A DNA stretch of 64,000 nt from Octopus bimaculoides (GCF_001194135.2 NC_068984.1:129044004-129108003); one strand, 5' to 3'. Shown: positions 1 to 12,018, numbered from the stretch's first letter. Numbers and translations: made by a program. The notes: generated by a model not told the origin, from the letters alone.

Positions 1-423
1 AAGTTAGGCAAGACGATATACAAAAGAACGTTAAATACCTTTAAATATCTTTAATAGAAAAATGCACGTATGTTTACATATAAGAAGGTCCGACTTAGAC
101 AAAATAGAAATGATATCAGGATTTAAAGCGGTTGAATAAGAGTTTTACATTTGAGATGTTGAAAGAACGGAGATTAAAAACAGAAATTCTTCCCTGAAGA
201 CGGAGGCTGGTATTATCCGATGATGGAATCAATTTACAATCATTATTTTGGACCACCAAACCTCCAGAAACGCCTGTTGGACTCGTAAAACTCTTATTCT
301 ACCGCTTTAATTCCTGATATGATTTATATTCTGTGTAAGTTGGACCTTTTTTATATTTAAACGTATGTACATTTTTTGTATTAAATGTATTTAGTATTTT
401 TTGTATATCGGCTTGCCTTACTT
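1..423. repeat. Large imperfect inverted repeat (arms 1-148 and 285-423) with a Penelope/hammerhead-like spacer
   Basis: The reverse complement of 285-423 aligns to 1-148 (roughly 80% identity by eye, one small indel). The spacer has CTGAAGA(194-200)-C-GGAGG...CCTCC-A-GAAACGC. Confidence 0.8.
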
Positions 424-461
424 GCTTGTCCCTACATTTACTCATATATACATTTACTTTT

Positions 462-505
<44 letters not shown>

Positions 506-508
<3 letters not shown>

Positions 509-661
509 ACGGGCTTCCTCGCATTTCCATGTGTCGAAAGTCACTCAGAAGAATCTATAGTAGAAGACAGTTTTCCAAGATGCTGCACAGTTGGACTAAA
601 CAATCCAAAGCCATGTGGCTGCGGAGCGAAATTCTTAATCACACATCCTTGTCTTACGCCT
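506..661 (-). mobile_element. Degenerate 5' half of tRNA-derived SINE family A
   Basis: Reverse complement resembles the head and core of the SINE at 3097-3507. Confidence 0.7.
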
Positions 662-738
662 ATGGACTATTGCCAACATTTAATTGTACTAAACACTATT
701 CATTTGGTACTTTCCCTCCTTATCATATATTCTTTCAA

Positions 739-799
739 TTATATTTGTAAGAGCTCTGAAATTTTGCTGTCTACGGTGCCATTAACCGCAGGGACGTCT
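739..799 (-). CDS. Candidate terminal exon (phase 0: RRPCG*; phase 2: xDVPAVNGTVDSKISELLQI*)
   Basis: Very strong minus-strand acceptor TTTTATCATTTCTTTATCCAG|AGACGTCCC. The reading frame cannot be determined from sequence alone. Confidence 0.25.
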
Positions 800-1613
800 C
801 TGGATAAAGAAATGATAAAACTGAGTCACAGGTTCAGATTGGATCGAATCGGATCGAATAGGTCTGCTCGGCTCGGACCGGCTCTACTCTGCAGTGCTCA
901 TCATCGGGTTAAGATAATTAACTATAATAAACTGAACTGCGAAACTTTGTGCCTGTGTATGAATTTGCGAATAATAAATATATCTAAAGCAAAATCTGGA
1001 CTTGACAAATGATGTCCGCAACACGAACTTTCTGTGTTAGTCTATTCAAGAGTAACGATGCATAATTTTTTAAAGAAATGTATAAATAATGATTTTACAC
1101 GATCCAAACTACAGGAGAAATAGAACTTACAACCGAATGCCAAAGGAAGGTTTTGTTGTGTTGTTTTCAATTGTAGACGATCATATGGTGTTTTCTTACA
1201 GTTCTGTTTAAGATTCGTGACTATGGACACTGTCTGGTGGTGGAAAGACAATAGGATCCGCTGATCACTCAGTTGTGCTCGGAGACCCTATCCGGTCAGG
1301 CATGTGTGACTCTCTATGCACTAGTAACTTACATCAACGTATGGATTAAGCTGCACGTACTACTTTTTATATCACTACATGTAAACTTGCAAACGGATTA
1401 CCGCAATAATAAGCTTATCGTGCTAGCTCATAATCCGTTTCATCTCCCTATTCTTTCATCAGCCTGTCCCTCTTTCACATACTCACTCTCACTCTCACAA
1501 TATATACATATATTCTCTCTATCTATATGTATGTGTGTGTGCGTGTGCGTGGTATGTGTATATATATATATGTATGTATGTATGTAATATATGTATGCAT
1601 GTAAGCATATCAC

Positions 1614-1712
1614 AATAAGAAGAAGAAGAAGAAGAAGAAGAAAAAGAAAAAGAAGAAGAAGAAGAAGAAGAAGAAGAAGAAGAAGAAGAAGAAGAAGAAG
1701 AAGAAGAAGAAG
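1614..1712. repeat. (AAG)n microsatellite within a compound simple-repeat zone (about 1470-1920, also TA, CA, TATG)
   Basis: Directly visible. Explains the poly-L and poly-F pseudo-ORFs. Confidence 0.95.
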
Positions 1713-1847
1713 ATAATGATTATAATAGTAATAATAATATATACGGTATATGTATATATAATTATTATATATATGATATATATGTATGTATATACATACA
1801 CGCACACACATACAGACACACACAACGCATGCACACACACACGCACG

Positions 1848-1888
<41 letters not shown>

Positions 1889-2223
1889 ACACGCACGCGC
1901 GTGTCTATATATATCTATCTGTTTCCATCTCTAGCCACAAAAGAAGTCAACAACCGACATTTTTTACGTTCACGGTAATTATTGTTCGTGAACTTTATCT
2001 GACCTTGTTATTGCTTTATGTAGGTCAATGCAACCAAATACTCGCATTTTAGTTTGATTTCAGGTAGATATGAGAGATGCATATAATAGAACAGTTAAGT
2101 AGATGAAATCATACTCATTGATCAGAACATTAGAAACTAACATATTTAGATACACACTAAAAGAAATATAACTCTGATTGATTCCCAATACAATGTCTGT
2201 ATCAGTAAACACAGAAGACAAAC

Positions 2224-2273
2224 CTGAACACTTCTCAGTTCCATGAAGTCCTTCAATCGGAAGTTCTTCAATC
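2224..2273 (-). CDS. Candidate exon, 50 nt (phase 1 to 0: xLKNFRLKDFMELRSVQ)
   Basis: Minus strand reads CTTAACGTCATGTTAAG|GATTG...GTTCAG|GTTTGT. Contains a 15-nt internal tandem duplication. The AAG acceptor is suboptimal. Confidence 0.25.
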
Positions 2274-2418
2274 CTTAACATGACGTTAAGAATAAATATA
2301 TAATCTATCCTTGTTTATCATGGAAGTTTGGTGTAATAAAAAAAAAGCAGTGATAAATGAATCATCTCCACGCACTTTGGAGCGAATAGATTTATTGATA
2401 CCAAACTCACAGCCCACA

Positions 2419-2488
2419 GCAGCGAAGCTTCCAACGTCACGTGTTTTCTTACTGCAACGAAGCTTCCAACGTCACATATTTTCTTGAT
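2419..2488 (+). repeat. 35-bp direct tandem duplication, each unit containing CCAACGTCAC
   Basis: gcagcgaagcttccaacgtcacgtgttttcttact followed by gcaacgaagcttccaacgtcacatattttcttgat. Confidence 0.85.
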
Positions 2489-2914
2489 CATCTATACATT
2501 TTTTTTTTTTTTGTAGAAAACACACTCGTCTATATCATTTCTTAGGAACAGATACGTTTTTTTTTTCTGTTTTCTGATCCCATGTAGAAGGGTACAAGTA
2601 AGTCCGTATAAAAAATATGCAGCTTCGCAACACAGTCATGTAAACACTAGCAATAGTCAGTGCATTCTATGTAGCTATACAGTGTGGGTGGTACGCGTTT
2701 CTGGAAAAGGCAGGTTTTTTGCGATATAAGCAGGCTCTTCAACTGATCACCGATCCGTGTTATCATACAGCTATCCGTAATAAACGTAACATGATTCATA
2801 TTTGAGTGAACCGTGTCATCCCGGATCTGAGATTAATAAATCAGAGATAAACATGGCTACGTGTACTAAAGTAAATATTTGTTGCAAAATATATACGTGA
2901 AAAGGTGGGAAAAT

Positions 2915-3088
2915 TACAGCTGCATTTCGTCCGTCTTACCGTTCTGAGTTCAAATTCCATCGATGTCGACTTTGCCTTTCATCCTTTCATGTCGGTGAAA
3001 CAAGTACCAGTTATATACTGAGGTCTGAGGAAACGACTGGTCCCTTCCCACAAAAATTTCAGGTCTTGTGCGTATAGTAGAAATGCAT
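2915..3088 (+). mobile_element. SINE family B, 5'-truncated
   Basis: Contains gttctgagttcaaattcc...gtcgactttgcctttcatcc...aagtaccagtt, a motif found in more than 20 copies in the window. Confidence 0.8.
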
Positions 3089-3096
3089 AATACATA

Positions 3097-3507
3097 GGCG
3101 CAGGTGTGGCTGTGTGGTAAGTAGCTTGCTTACGAACCACATGGTTCTGGGTTCAGTCCCACTGCGTAGCACCTTGAGCAAGTGTCATTTACTATAGCAT
3201 CGGGCCGATCAAAGCCTTGTGAGTGGATTTGGTAGACGGAAACTGAAGGAAGCCCGTCATATATATGTATATGTATATATACGTGTGTGTGTTTGTGTGT
3301 CTGTGTTTGTCCCCCCCCCCAACATTGCTTGACAACCGATGCTGGTGTGTTTACGTCCCCGTAATTTAGCGGTTCGGCAAAAGAGACCGATAGAATAAGT
3401 ACTAGGCTTACAAAGAATAAGTCCTGGGGTCGATTTGCTCGACTAAATGCGGTGCTCCAGCATGGCCGCAGTCAAATTACTGAAACAAGTAAAAGAGTAA
3501 AAGAGTA
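3097..3507 (+). mobile_element. Near full-length tRNA-derived SINE family A
   Basis: A-box-like TGGCTGTGTGG, B-box-like GGTTCAGTCCC, core CACCTTGAGCAAGTG, internal (TA)/(GT) repeats, tail GGTGCTCCAGCATGGCCGCAGTC...(AAAAGAGT)n. Confidence 0.9.
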
Positions 3508-4953
3508 TAAAATTATGTATAATACATAAAATTTCGAAGTATAATCATATGTGCAATAGATTGGATATTTCACATCTTTTCTCTTACATATTTAATAGAC
3601 AACAACATTGAAGTGATGGATTTATACATAATTAAAAATATATTGAAGTGAAGCTGTGGTCGAGAAAAGCTACACATTTAATGCAGACAAAAATAATACA
3701 TAAAACCAAGTATGGTACCGTATTTCACGGCATTGAGATTACATCTAATCTCGCTCAACTAACTTGTCAACATTTTTAACGACGAGTGAAAGAGGATAAT
3801 GACTTTAATAGGACTCACTTCCTTCAGCCCTTTTCAAGCAGAAGTTGTAGAAAGACATCCGTTTACATTGTGTTTAATTAGTTTGAGTGGCTTCTAATTA
3901 ATAATAGATCAAATGAACAAAGCGTGCTCATTCCCGAATTAATTGTCTCAGCTGCTTTCTGTCCACACTTTGATGGGTTTTTTTTCTTTAAAAAATTTCA
4001 AAAACAACCTATTTCGATATTTATGGTTTGCGCCATAATATGCTAAAGCCGTGATCTCGTATTGTTTTTTGTAGATGTTTCAATTTTTATACAACGAAAG
4101 GTTTTGAGAAACGTATAAACATTACACAACACATGATTTCGTCTCATTTAATCTCGAGACCTCGTGTTAATTTGGGGGCCAACAAGCGAGATTTCTATTG
4201 CATAATCAAACAAGTTATACAAAAAAAAATTGCATAAAATTACAGCCAGAACCAAAAGTATGTCGAAAGTGATGATACTCTAAATTAGCTAAGTCTCTAT
4301 ATTAGTCAACTTAGTTCAGATCGCTTAAATTGATTCAAAGTGATTTAGTCTGTTCTTGTTTCAGGATATATAAAGTCAATAATCCCATATATATATTTAG
4401 TAATTATTATTCATTTAATAGCTATTATGTGTAATGAAGATGATTATTTCCAATTTTTTCGACATACAGCTGTATAGGACTATAAACAGTGATTAAGAAA
4501 TATATTTGGAGTTAAGCTGGAATTGCTCTCTCACTAAGCAGGTATGGAAAACAATGTTTCTGGTTTTAGCTATCGTCAGTTGAAATATAGCATTCGCTCT
4601 TCCTGACGCTGTAGTATCTAGCTTACTATATAGAAATTATTGCGAAAAGAAAGAGTGACACCGAGAAATATATAAGTATTAATGATTAAATTACAAAGGA
4701 GTGTTGAGCACATGTTTATAGAATAAGACAACTTGTTCGATTATTTAAAATATTTTGTGTTTTCCTTTAACATCATACATTAATAACTTCCTCCCCTTTA
4801 ATTTTCTCTGCCGTTTGTACTCTGTATAAGTTTGATCTATTAGTATATAACTATATGTAGATTTATATTTAAATATTCATCGTCTGAAAATCTTCAGTGT
4901 TTGCTTTCTTTCTGTTTGCATGTATACATCTCTCTCTCTCTCTCTCTCTTTCT

Positions 4954-5029
<76 letters not shown>

Positions 5030-5063
5030 CATCAAACCCAAGCAGTTGATTGCCTCTACTCAC

Positions 5064-5126
5064 CCGGACTCCTCTTATAGCCACTCTTTGCTCCGCGGAA
5101 GTGGTCCTTCGTAAAGGCATCGAAGT
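5064..5126 (-). CDS. Candidate internal exon, 63 nt (phase 1: xFDAFTKDHFRGAKSGYKRSPx; phase 0 also open: TSMPLRRTTSAEQRVAIRGVR)
   Basis: Minus strand reads ATTTTAG|ACTTCG...GTCCGG|GTGAGT. Perfect donor, GC-rich block in AT-rich unique DNA, length a multiple of 3. The polypyrimidine tract is weak. Confidence 0.4.
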
Positions 5127-5826
5127 CTAAAATGTTTTCTATACTGAGAATCTCTGGATCTCATCTGTTGACTATATTCATTAATAACTATATTTTCCAA
5201 TTGATAGCACCAGAAGTAACTACAGTAGCTGTGTTTAATATCAGTTATTGGTTGAAAGTTCTCTGAAGGGCATCATCTAAACATTTATCTATACGTGTGC
5301 CTGGTTTACAGCCGACTTACAGTTTTGTTTCTTTCCATTTTCATCAATCATGCGTTATCAGGTTCAAAGCATCACAATCGTTCATATTCCAATAGCAAAA
5401 CTCTTATCCATTCTGTTTATATTAAAGATATCTTTGAGATTCACAATACATATTATACAAGTACCCGGCAGCAGAGATTGTACTTGTTATGTGTCATGCT
5501 GACNNNNNNNNNNNNNNNNNNNNNNNNNNNNNNNNNNNNNNNNNNNNNNNNNNNNNNNNNNNNNNNNNNNNNNNNNNNNNNNNNNNNNNNNNNNNNNNNN
5601 NNNNNNNNNNNNNNNNNNNNNNNNNNNNNNNNNNNNNNNNNNNNNNNNNNNNNNNNNNNNNNNNNNNNNNNNNNNNNNNNNNNNNNNNNNNNNNNNNNNN
5701 NNNNNNNNNNNNNNNNNNNNNNNNNNNNNNNNNNNNNNNNNNNNNNNNNNNNNNNNNNNNNNNNNNNNNNNNNNNNNNNNNNNNNNNNNNNNNNNNNNNN
5801 NNNNNNNNNNNNNNNNNNNNNNNNNN

Positions 5827-5856
<30 letters not shown>

Positions 5857-5857
<1 letters not shown>

Positions 5858-6020
5858 CGGGCTTCTTCAGTTTCTGTCTACTAAATTTGCTCACAAGGCA
5901 TTGATTGAGCCGGGGGCAATAGTAAAAGACACTTGTTCAACGTGCCACACTGTGGGAATGAACCTGAAACCACGGAGATGCAAAGTGAGTTTCTTAACCA
6001 CACAGCCATACCTGCGCCTG
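5857..6020 (-). mobile_element. SINE family A, 5' half
   Basis: Reverse complement of the family A head and core, next to an N gap. Confidence 0.8.
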
Positions 6021-6880
6021 TAGAAGAACCTTATCCAATATTTCTTTAAGTTAATGAGAAACTCTAGTAAGAGTTGAACAGCAGAAGGTCTTCAGAGAAG
6101 AAACCCCTCCTTTTATGCAAGTGTTTTGGCCTTTAACCCCTTACGCTCAAAGGTTGCATCCAGGTCATTACTCTTAATTAGCCTTCTGTTGTCATATTCT
6201 GTACTACTGCTTACACTGAACCCAGAAAATTCCTGGGTTGTCAGAATATCTTGGATGTCGTAAATACTTCGGTCTGAGACACAAGTTAAAAGCAGGATAA
6301 ATTATGCCTTCTGAAAATCACTTTTATTCAATCCTCGCTGGATCCAGTTGGACCTCTTTGCAGCTTCTTCGGCCAGTGAATTTTTAATATAATAACGTAG
6401 AATTTGAAGGAAATTTGGTCGCTATTTCTAGAAGGTTGGGGGAGCGAATGGAGACTTCATTATTGATTCGTAATCCTTTGAGTAAATAAATTCTTTTCAT
6501 AGAAGTATTTCTGATACAGTCCTGAATAGAGATATGGCATCTCAGTTTCCATATAATTGGTGCCAATTTGAACAACATTATCTATTTCATCTCTTCTAAT
6601 ATAATATAGATTAGCTAATTCTTTGAAATTCTCTTTACTGACTATTCAAGCATCTTTATCTACTTCAGTTATTTATTTCGAGTGTCTATGACATTTACTT
6701 TGTGCTAGCATGCCAACGAAAGAGCGTCGACAAAACCACTCGATTTCCTAGAAATAGCAACTAAATCTCTCTCACTACTAAATCGTTTTTATCTACTGCA
6801 GTTGTTTACCTTGAACGTGTAAGACATTTACCATTTGCTAATAAGCCAACGAAAGCACCTCTACATTGTTACATCAACAA

Positions 6881-7945
6881 GTTTTCATTCCTTAGTTACC
6901 TTGTTCACAAATACTTAGTTTGCTTCAATAATTATTCCACTCTTACGCATACCATTTCTTTCATCACACGCTTTCTATGAAGTAAATATTATTGCCAATG
7001 TTTCCATTTTATGTTTCCATCGTATATTCTCGTGAGTGTTTTATTATCCTAAATACATTGGCACCGACAAAACTTTTACTCAACACTGCACAGTAATATT
7101 AACAAGCTGCATCTATTCTCTCGCCTAAACATACTTGCAAGTATTTTAATCTATAACCGATGTTTAACTTCTTATAACAGTTACAAAACAATCTTCGTCT
7201 CTCCGAGAGATTTTCCAGTGCACTTCTTGTGGTGTTAAACAACAAACAACGAGTTTTCATTCTTTAATTACCTTGTTCGCGATTATTTGGTTTATTCCTA
7301 TAATTACTCCACTTTTGTGGATGCATTTTCTTTCATCATAAGCTTTCTGTGAAGTAATTACTCTTAGCAGAGTTTCCAAATATTTTCTATTTTATATTCT
7401 CTTGAGTGATTTACGATTACATTACTTCAAATACGCTGGCACCGGCCAAACTTTCACTCAACACTACACGTGATGTTTGCAGTCTGCATATATTCTCTCG
7501 TATAAATATATTTGCAAGTATTTTAATCTATGTCCAGTGTTTAATTCCTAATGTAGTTACAACATACTCTTTGTCTCTACGAGACTTTTCCAGTGCACTC
7601 CTTGATTTGATATTAAACAACAAACAGATACGTTTCATTTCTTAATTACCTTCACAAATATTTAGTTTACTTCAATAGTTATCCCACTTTCATGGTTACC
7701 TTTTCTTTCATCACTAGCCTTCTATGAAATAATCACTCTCAGTAAAATTTTCAAGTATTTTCCTTTTTATATTCTCTGAAGTGATTTATTATGTTATCCC
7801 TAATACATTGGCACCAGTGAAAATTTGACTCAATACACTGTACTGGAATGGTTACAAGCTTCGCATTGATCTTCTTGTCTAGATATATTTGGAAGTACGT
7901 TTATCTGTGTAAATGTTTAGTTCTTTATTGTATATTGAAGTGTCT
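6881..7945. repeat. Ancient ~375-bp tandem repeat, about 2.8 diverged copies
   Basis: Anchor motifs recur: gttt(t)catt at 6881, 7253 and 7632; tggcacc at 7059, 7437 and 7809. Confidence 0.8.
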
Positions 7946-7964
7946 CTTTCAATATCACAATACA

Positions 7965-8400
7965 AGTCGGCGTGCTGGCAGAATCGTTACCGCGCCGGGG
8001 AAAATGATTAGCGGCATTTCTTCCGACTTTGCGTTCTGAATGCAAATGCTATCGGGGTCGACATTGCCTTTTATCCTTTCAGAATCGGTGAAATAAGTAT
8101 CAGTTGAGCAACCCACTTTACCACTCCCCCGAAATTGCCTGCCTTGTGCCAAAATTAGAAAGAATATTGCATCACAATTTAAAGAAGACGAGCTAACAAA
8201 ACTGTTAGCTCGCCGACCAATTCTTGGGATCATTTCTTTCGATTCATTAGGTTCTGAGTTCAAATTCCGGCGACATCGGCTTTGCCTTTCACCGTTTCAG
8301 GGGTTGATAGAATAAGTACTAGTTGAGTACACTAGAGATGGTGTAATTGACTGCCTCCTTCCACTAAAATTACATTCCTTGTGCTAAAATCCCAAAATAT
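7965..8400 (+). mobile_element. Two adjacent degenerate SINE family B copies
   Basis: ctggcagaatcgtta... head and gttctgagttcaaattcc core occur twice. Confidence 0.75.
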
Positions 8401-8599
8401 GGGACGGAAGGCATTTGACAAAGACGTTTCAGTATGGGATTAAATGCTTTGTTGTAATTAGTGTTTGAGTAGGTTTAACTTCTAAGTTCGAATCCCACTA
8501 AGAAGCAGGATAGCCACAGGTTAAAACCCTTTCTTTATCATTGGCCTTTTTGATTAAAGATAGGCAGGTCAACAACACCTTGTCAGGAGGCTTGTACAC

Positions 8600-8785
8600 T
8601 GTTGCTAATTCTACTACAAATAGCAACCAAATTACTTCTGCAAATTACATCCTATCATCTATAAAAAAGAGAGGATATATTAGATAATACTGCTAAGAAG
8701 TATCGTTCCTGCAAATAAAATGGATTGGTCAAGACTTGAATGCTTCTGAACATAAGTCTACTGGATCAGGATTGAGCTGGGGCAA
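8600..8785 (+). mobile_element. Old, highly diverged SINE-like family D (further pieces near 6400, 6750, 9890-10090, 10400-10570, 29110-29240, 30180-30250, 40770-40820, 42030-42110, 57660-57730)
   Basis: Recurring motif tagaaatagcaactaaatctctctcaaattaca and tail ggtcatggctggaatgcctttgat...gggctgacctggagctaaacaac. Boundaries approximate. Confidence 0.55.
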
Positions 8786-10865
8786 AGTAAAATTTTGTTT
8801 AGAAGAGTAGAATCCGGCATAGTATCAGTAGGAGAGAGAGAAAGTAGGGTGAGAAGGATATCCAGCGGCAAATAGTTGTCGTGTTAGTAGATATTTTATA
8901 AGTCAACGGATAGCTTCTTTTAAAATGGCATCTAGGACTGTGTGAAGCAACAGCAGCACCATAGATATGTGAAGTATTACACTGGGTGTTTGTATGTTTG
9001 TTTGTGTGTGTGTGTATGTCTGTGTGGAGAGAGAGAGGGGGGAATGCAGAAAGAAAGGTAAGAGAACATATGATTTGGAAAACTAATAACTTTTGTTATG
9101 CAAATATCTCCCACTATTTTTTCAGATGTTTAGTTAAAAATAAGCTTCAGCATAGTATATACCAAAATTTATAACAAAACAATACAGAACGTTTGATCAA
9201 AAACAGCCAATGAGGTGTTACAAACACAAATTAGTAATAGCATTTGGCTGAAAGTAAAAGTCGTCTGCTTTACTAACATTCACTAACAAAAGTCAAATGA
9301 ATGACCTCATCGTGCTAGTAAAACAAAACACATGAGAGCGAAAGAGAGATAGAAAGAGGGAGAGAGGGTTTAACATACAATACTGCGTTCTTACACATGT
9401 AAGGTCACCAAGAGAGATTATCAGAGATAATGACCCTCACATACTGGAAGCTGGCATTATCATCGCATTCTTTTCCTTCTACATAGCACTAAAAATAGTG
9501 AATATAAAACACTTGTGTACACTCATCATCACGTACACAAGTATTAACAGCAACAGTCACGAATGCTTTCAGAAGCATATACACAGATACTCTTCGCACA
9601 CATTTCCAATCCACGAAGTCGAAGATTTTAGTTCTGCAAAATAAATTTTAAGAAAATTATCAGTTTTAATGCGATAAACTTCCCGAGTTTGAATAAGTAT
9701 TTCAAAACATCCAACTGAGACCCGTTTCAAAAGTGTTAACTTTGTATTTACTGTGTATTGTATTGACTATTCTTAATTGTGATTGGGTCTAAGATATACT
9801 TGTGTATCGAAGTGCAATATACACGTATTGAATGCACTCTATCTTATCTGAGCCAACGAATGACTGTTTGTGTGTTTGCTAAACTAACTAAAAATAGCAG
9901 CTAAATTTCTTTCAAATTACACTGTCTCTTAAAAAGGGAAGTATATATTAGAGGCACATTATACATAGAAAAAAAAAGCAAGAGACAAAAAAACCTTTGC
10001 AGAAAAACTGGTTACGACTGGATTGAATGCCTTTGATTGTATGTTTTCTCAGTCGGACCGACGTGGGCTAAATGACAAGATCAACATCAACATACTATGT
10101 CTTATTCAAACGGATGGATTTTTCCATTGCATTATTGGGGAGGCACATTAGCAGCTCCTTTTAAGCTTTCAATGATTAAGGACGTCCATTTAATTGCAGC
10201 ATTGAGGATTCTTTCAAACCTTTTATTTGTACGATTTTACCTGCTACTTCTAATTACTAATTCCTCCGCATCAAATGAGGAAGTTCCAACATGGTTACCA
10301 AACCTGCTGGAAATAACAGCTCAATATCAATGAAGTCATATCCTTTAAATTTTTGATGTTGTCAAATGCAGTCCTCGATACACAGTGATTGAAAACAAAG
10401 ACGGAGTGGTCATGGACGGAATGCCGATGATTTTAGATCTTCTAGATGGATCAGGGATAGAGTCAGTTTAAACAACAACGAAAACAACAAATGCTTCAAC
10501 AAGGAAGCTTCTATGAGGTCGCTCAAAATTCTAGAAATAGCAACAAAGTCTCTCTCAAATTACAGCCTTCGAACTTTGAAAAGAAAAACAAAATGTGAAG
10601 TTTACGGCCAAAGGTCTTTCCGGTTAGGACCGAACGGAGAATAAACGATATCAACAACAGATACCACCGTGTAAATATTGATAGTAGCTGTAAGTTATTA
10701 CTGACTCGCTGAAATTGATAAGCGATTTATTAAATTGTGGTGAAATTTAATCCCTCTTTTAGACCGAGATATGTTAATCTTGTACTTAGTATCAGACTAG
10801 TGACCCACATTCGCCTTGAGCCATCGACAATCGGATTTGAGTCTGCATAGATTATACTATATTAC

Positions 10866-11166
10866 TGGCACTCCGTCGTTTACGACGACGAGATGGTTCT
10901 AGCTGATCCGATCAACGGAGCCTGCTCGTGAAATTAACGTGCATGTGGCGGAGCATTCCAGAGACACGTGTACCCTTAACGTAGTTCTCCGGGAGATTCA
11001 GCGTGACACAGAATGTGATAAGGCCAGCCCTTTGAAATACAAGTACTACACATTTTTGCCAGCAACGTGAAATAAAGTGTCTTGCTTAAGGACGCAACAC
11101 GTCGCCGGGAATTGAACTCACGACCTTGCGATCATGAGTCAAATATCATAACCACTAAGCCACGCA
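10866..11166 (-). mobile_element. tRNA-derived SINE family C, variant C2 (other copies 15840-16162 and 54483-54775)
   Basis: Shares the 3' region (gcacgttaatttcacgagcaggct...gacggagtgcca) with C1 but has a different head and a ccttgagcaagacacttta-like core. Confidence 0.85.
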
Positions 11167-11422
11167 TTACAAACAGCGTAATGGACATTTAATCACACAA
11201 CATACAAAGACACAAGGTAGCCATCATATATGTTTGTATATGGTATAAGGTCATTACCCAGATGAGATTAAATAATATACATATAGGGGAGATTGTTTGT
11301 GTGTATATGCATTTGTGAGTATGACAGAGGGGGATTTATGTGTTTCTGATGGGATTCTAAAAGATTCGTACACGTAGCAGACAACACCAACATCTTCCAA
11401 TGAAAGCATAACTGTAATATTG

Positions 11423-11634
11423 CTTTCAAATTTCGGCACGCGGCCAACAGTTTCGTGGGATGGGGTAAGTCGTTTACATCGACCCCAGTGCTCTACTGGT
11501 ACTTGTTTTATCGATGCCGAAAGGAGAAAAAGAAAAGTCGACCTCAGCGGAATTTGAACTCAGAACGTCAAGGCGGACGAAATACCTCTAAGCATTTCTC
11601 CCGGCGCGCTAACGATTCTGCGAGCTCAGCGCTT
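11423..11634 (-). mobile_element. Full-length SINE family B
   Basis: Reverse complement runs from gagctcgcagaatcgttagcgcgccggg to ccgaaatttgaaa. Confidence 0.9.
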
Positions 11635-11770
11635 TACACGAAACTCTAATATTAAGAACATGAAGAAATCTAAAACAATTTCTCATAAAAAAACAAGTCA
11701 AGAAATTTTACATCGTAGAAAAATACAAACAAGTCAACATTAGGGAATATTGACAGAAACTATAATATAA

Positions 11771-12018
11771 AACAAGAGCAATCAGAGGGTGCAAACCTCC
11801 GCCAAGGCAACACCAACGTCCTCTCAACGATTAGCCGGAAATGATATTTTAAATGAGAATATCTAAAATAAACTCGACTGTTCTCACAAACGAGAATACT
11901 AAAAAAAAAAACGGAAAAATAATCCAGAATCCTTGTCCGGTACTAGATCGATCCCAAAATCTAATCAGTTCGTGCCAGTCACGAGGCCAAACATTCCTGG
12001 AAGTTTCATCCGAATCTA
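11771..12018 (-). mobile_element. 3' half of a Helentron-associated (HINE/DINE-1-like) element, running into an N gap
   Basis: Reverse complement matches about 47990-48408, including the subterminal repeat cctccgccaagg. Confidence 0.75.

Noticed and set aside
2060-2281. 73-aa minus-strand ORF MLRIEELPIEG...
   Set aside because: No recognisable family and no support as a single-exon gene. Only the 2224-2273 block, in another frame, is kept as a weak exon candidate.
9441-9488. Minus-strand 48-nt exon-like block (CYVEGKECDDNASFQY; TATTTTTAG|...|GTGAGG)
   Set aside because: Good splice sites, but only phase 0 is open and it does not fit the phase-1 chain. Chance occurrence cannot be excluded; worth checking in RNA-seq.
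10241-10303. Minus-strand 63-nt phase 2-2 exon-like block (FGNHVGTSSFDAEELVIRSS)
   Set aside because: Incompatible in phase with neighbouring candidates, no homology recognised.
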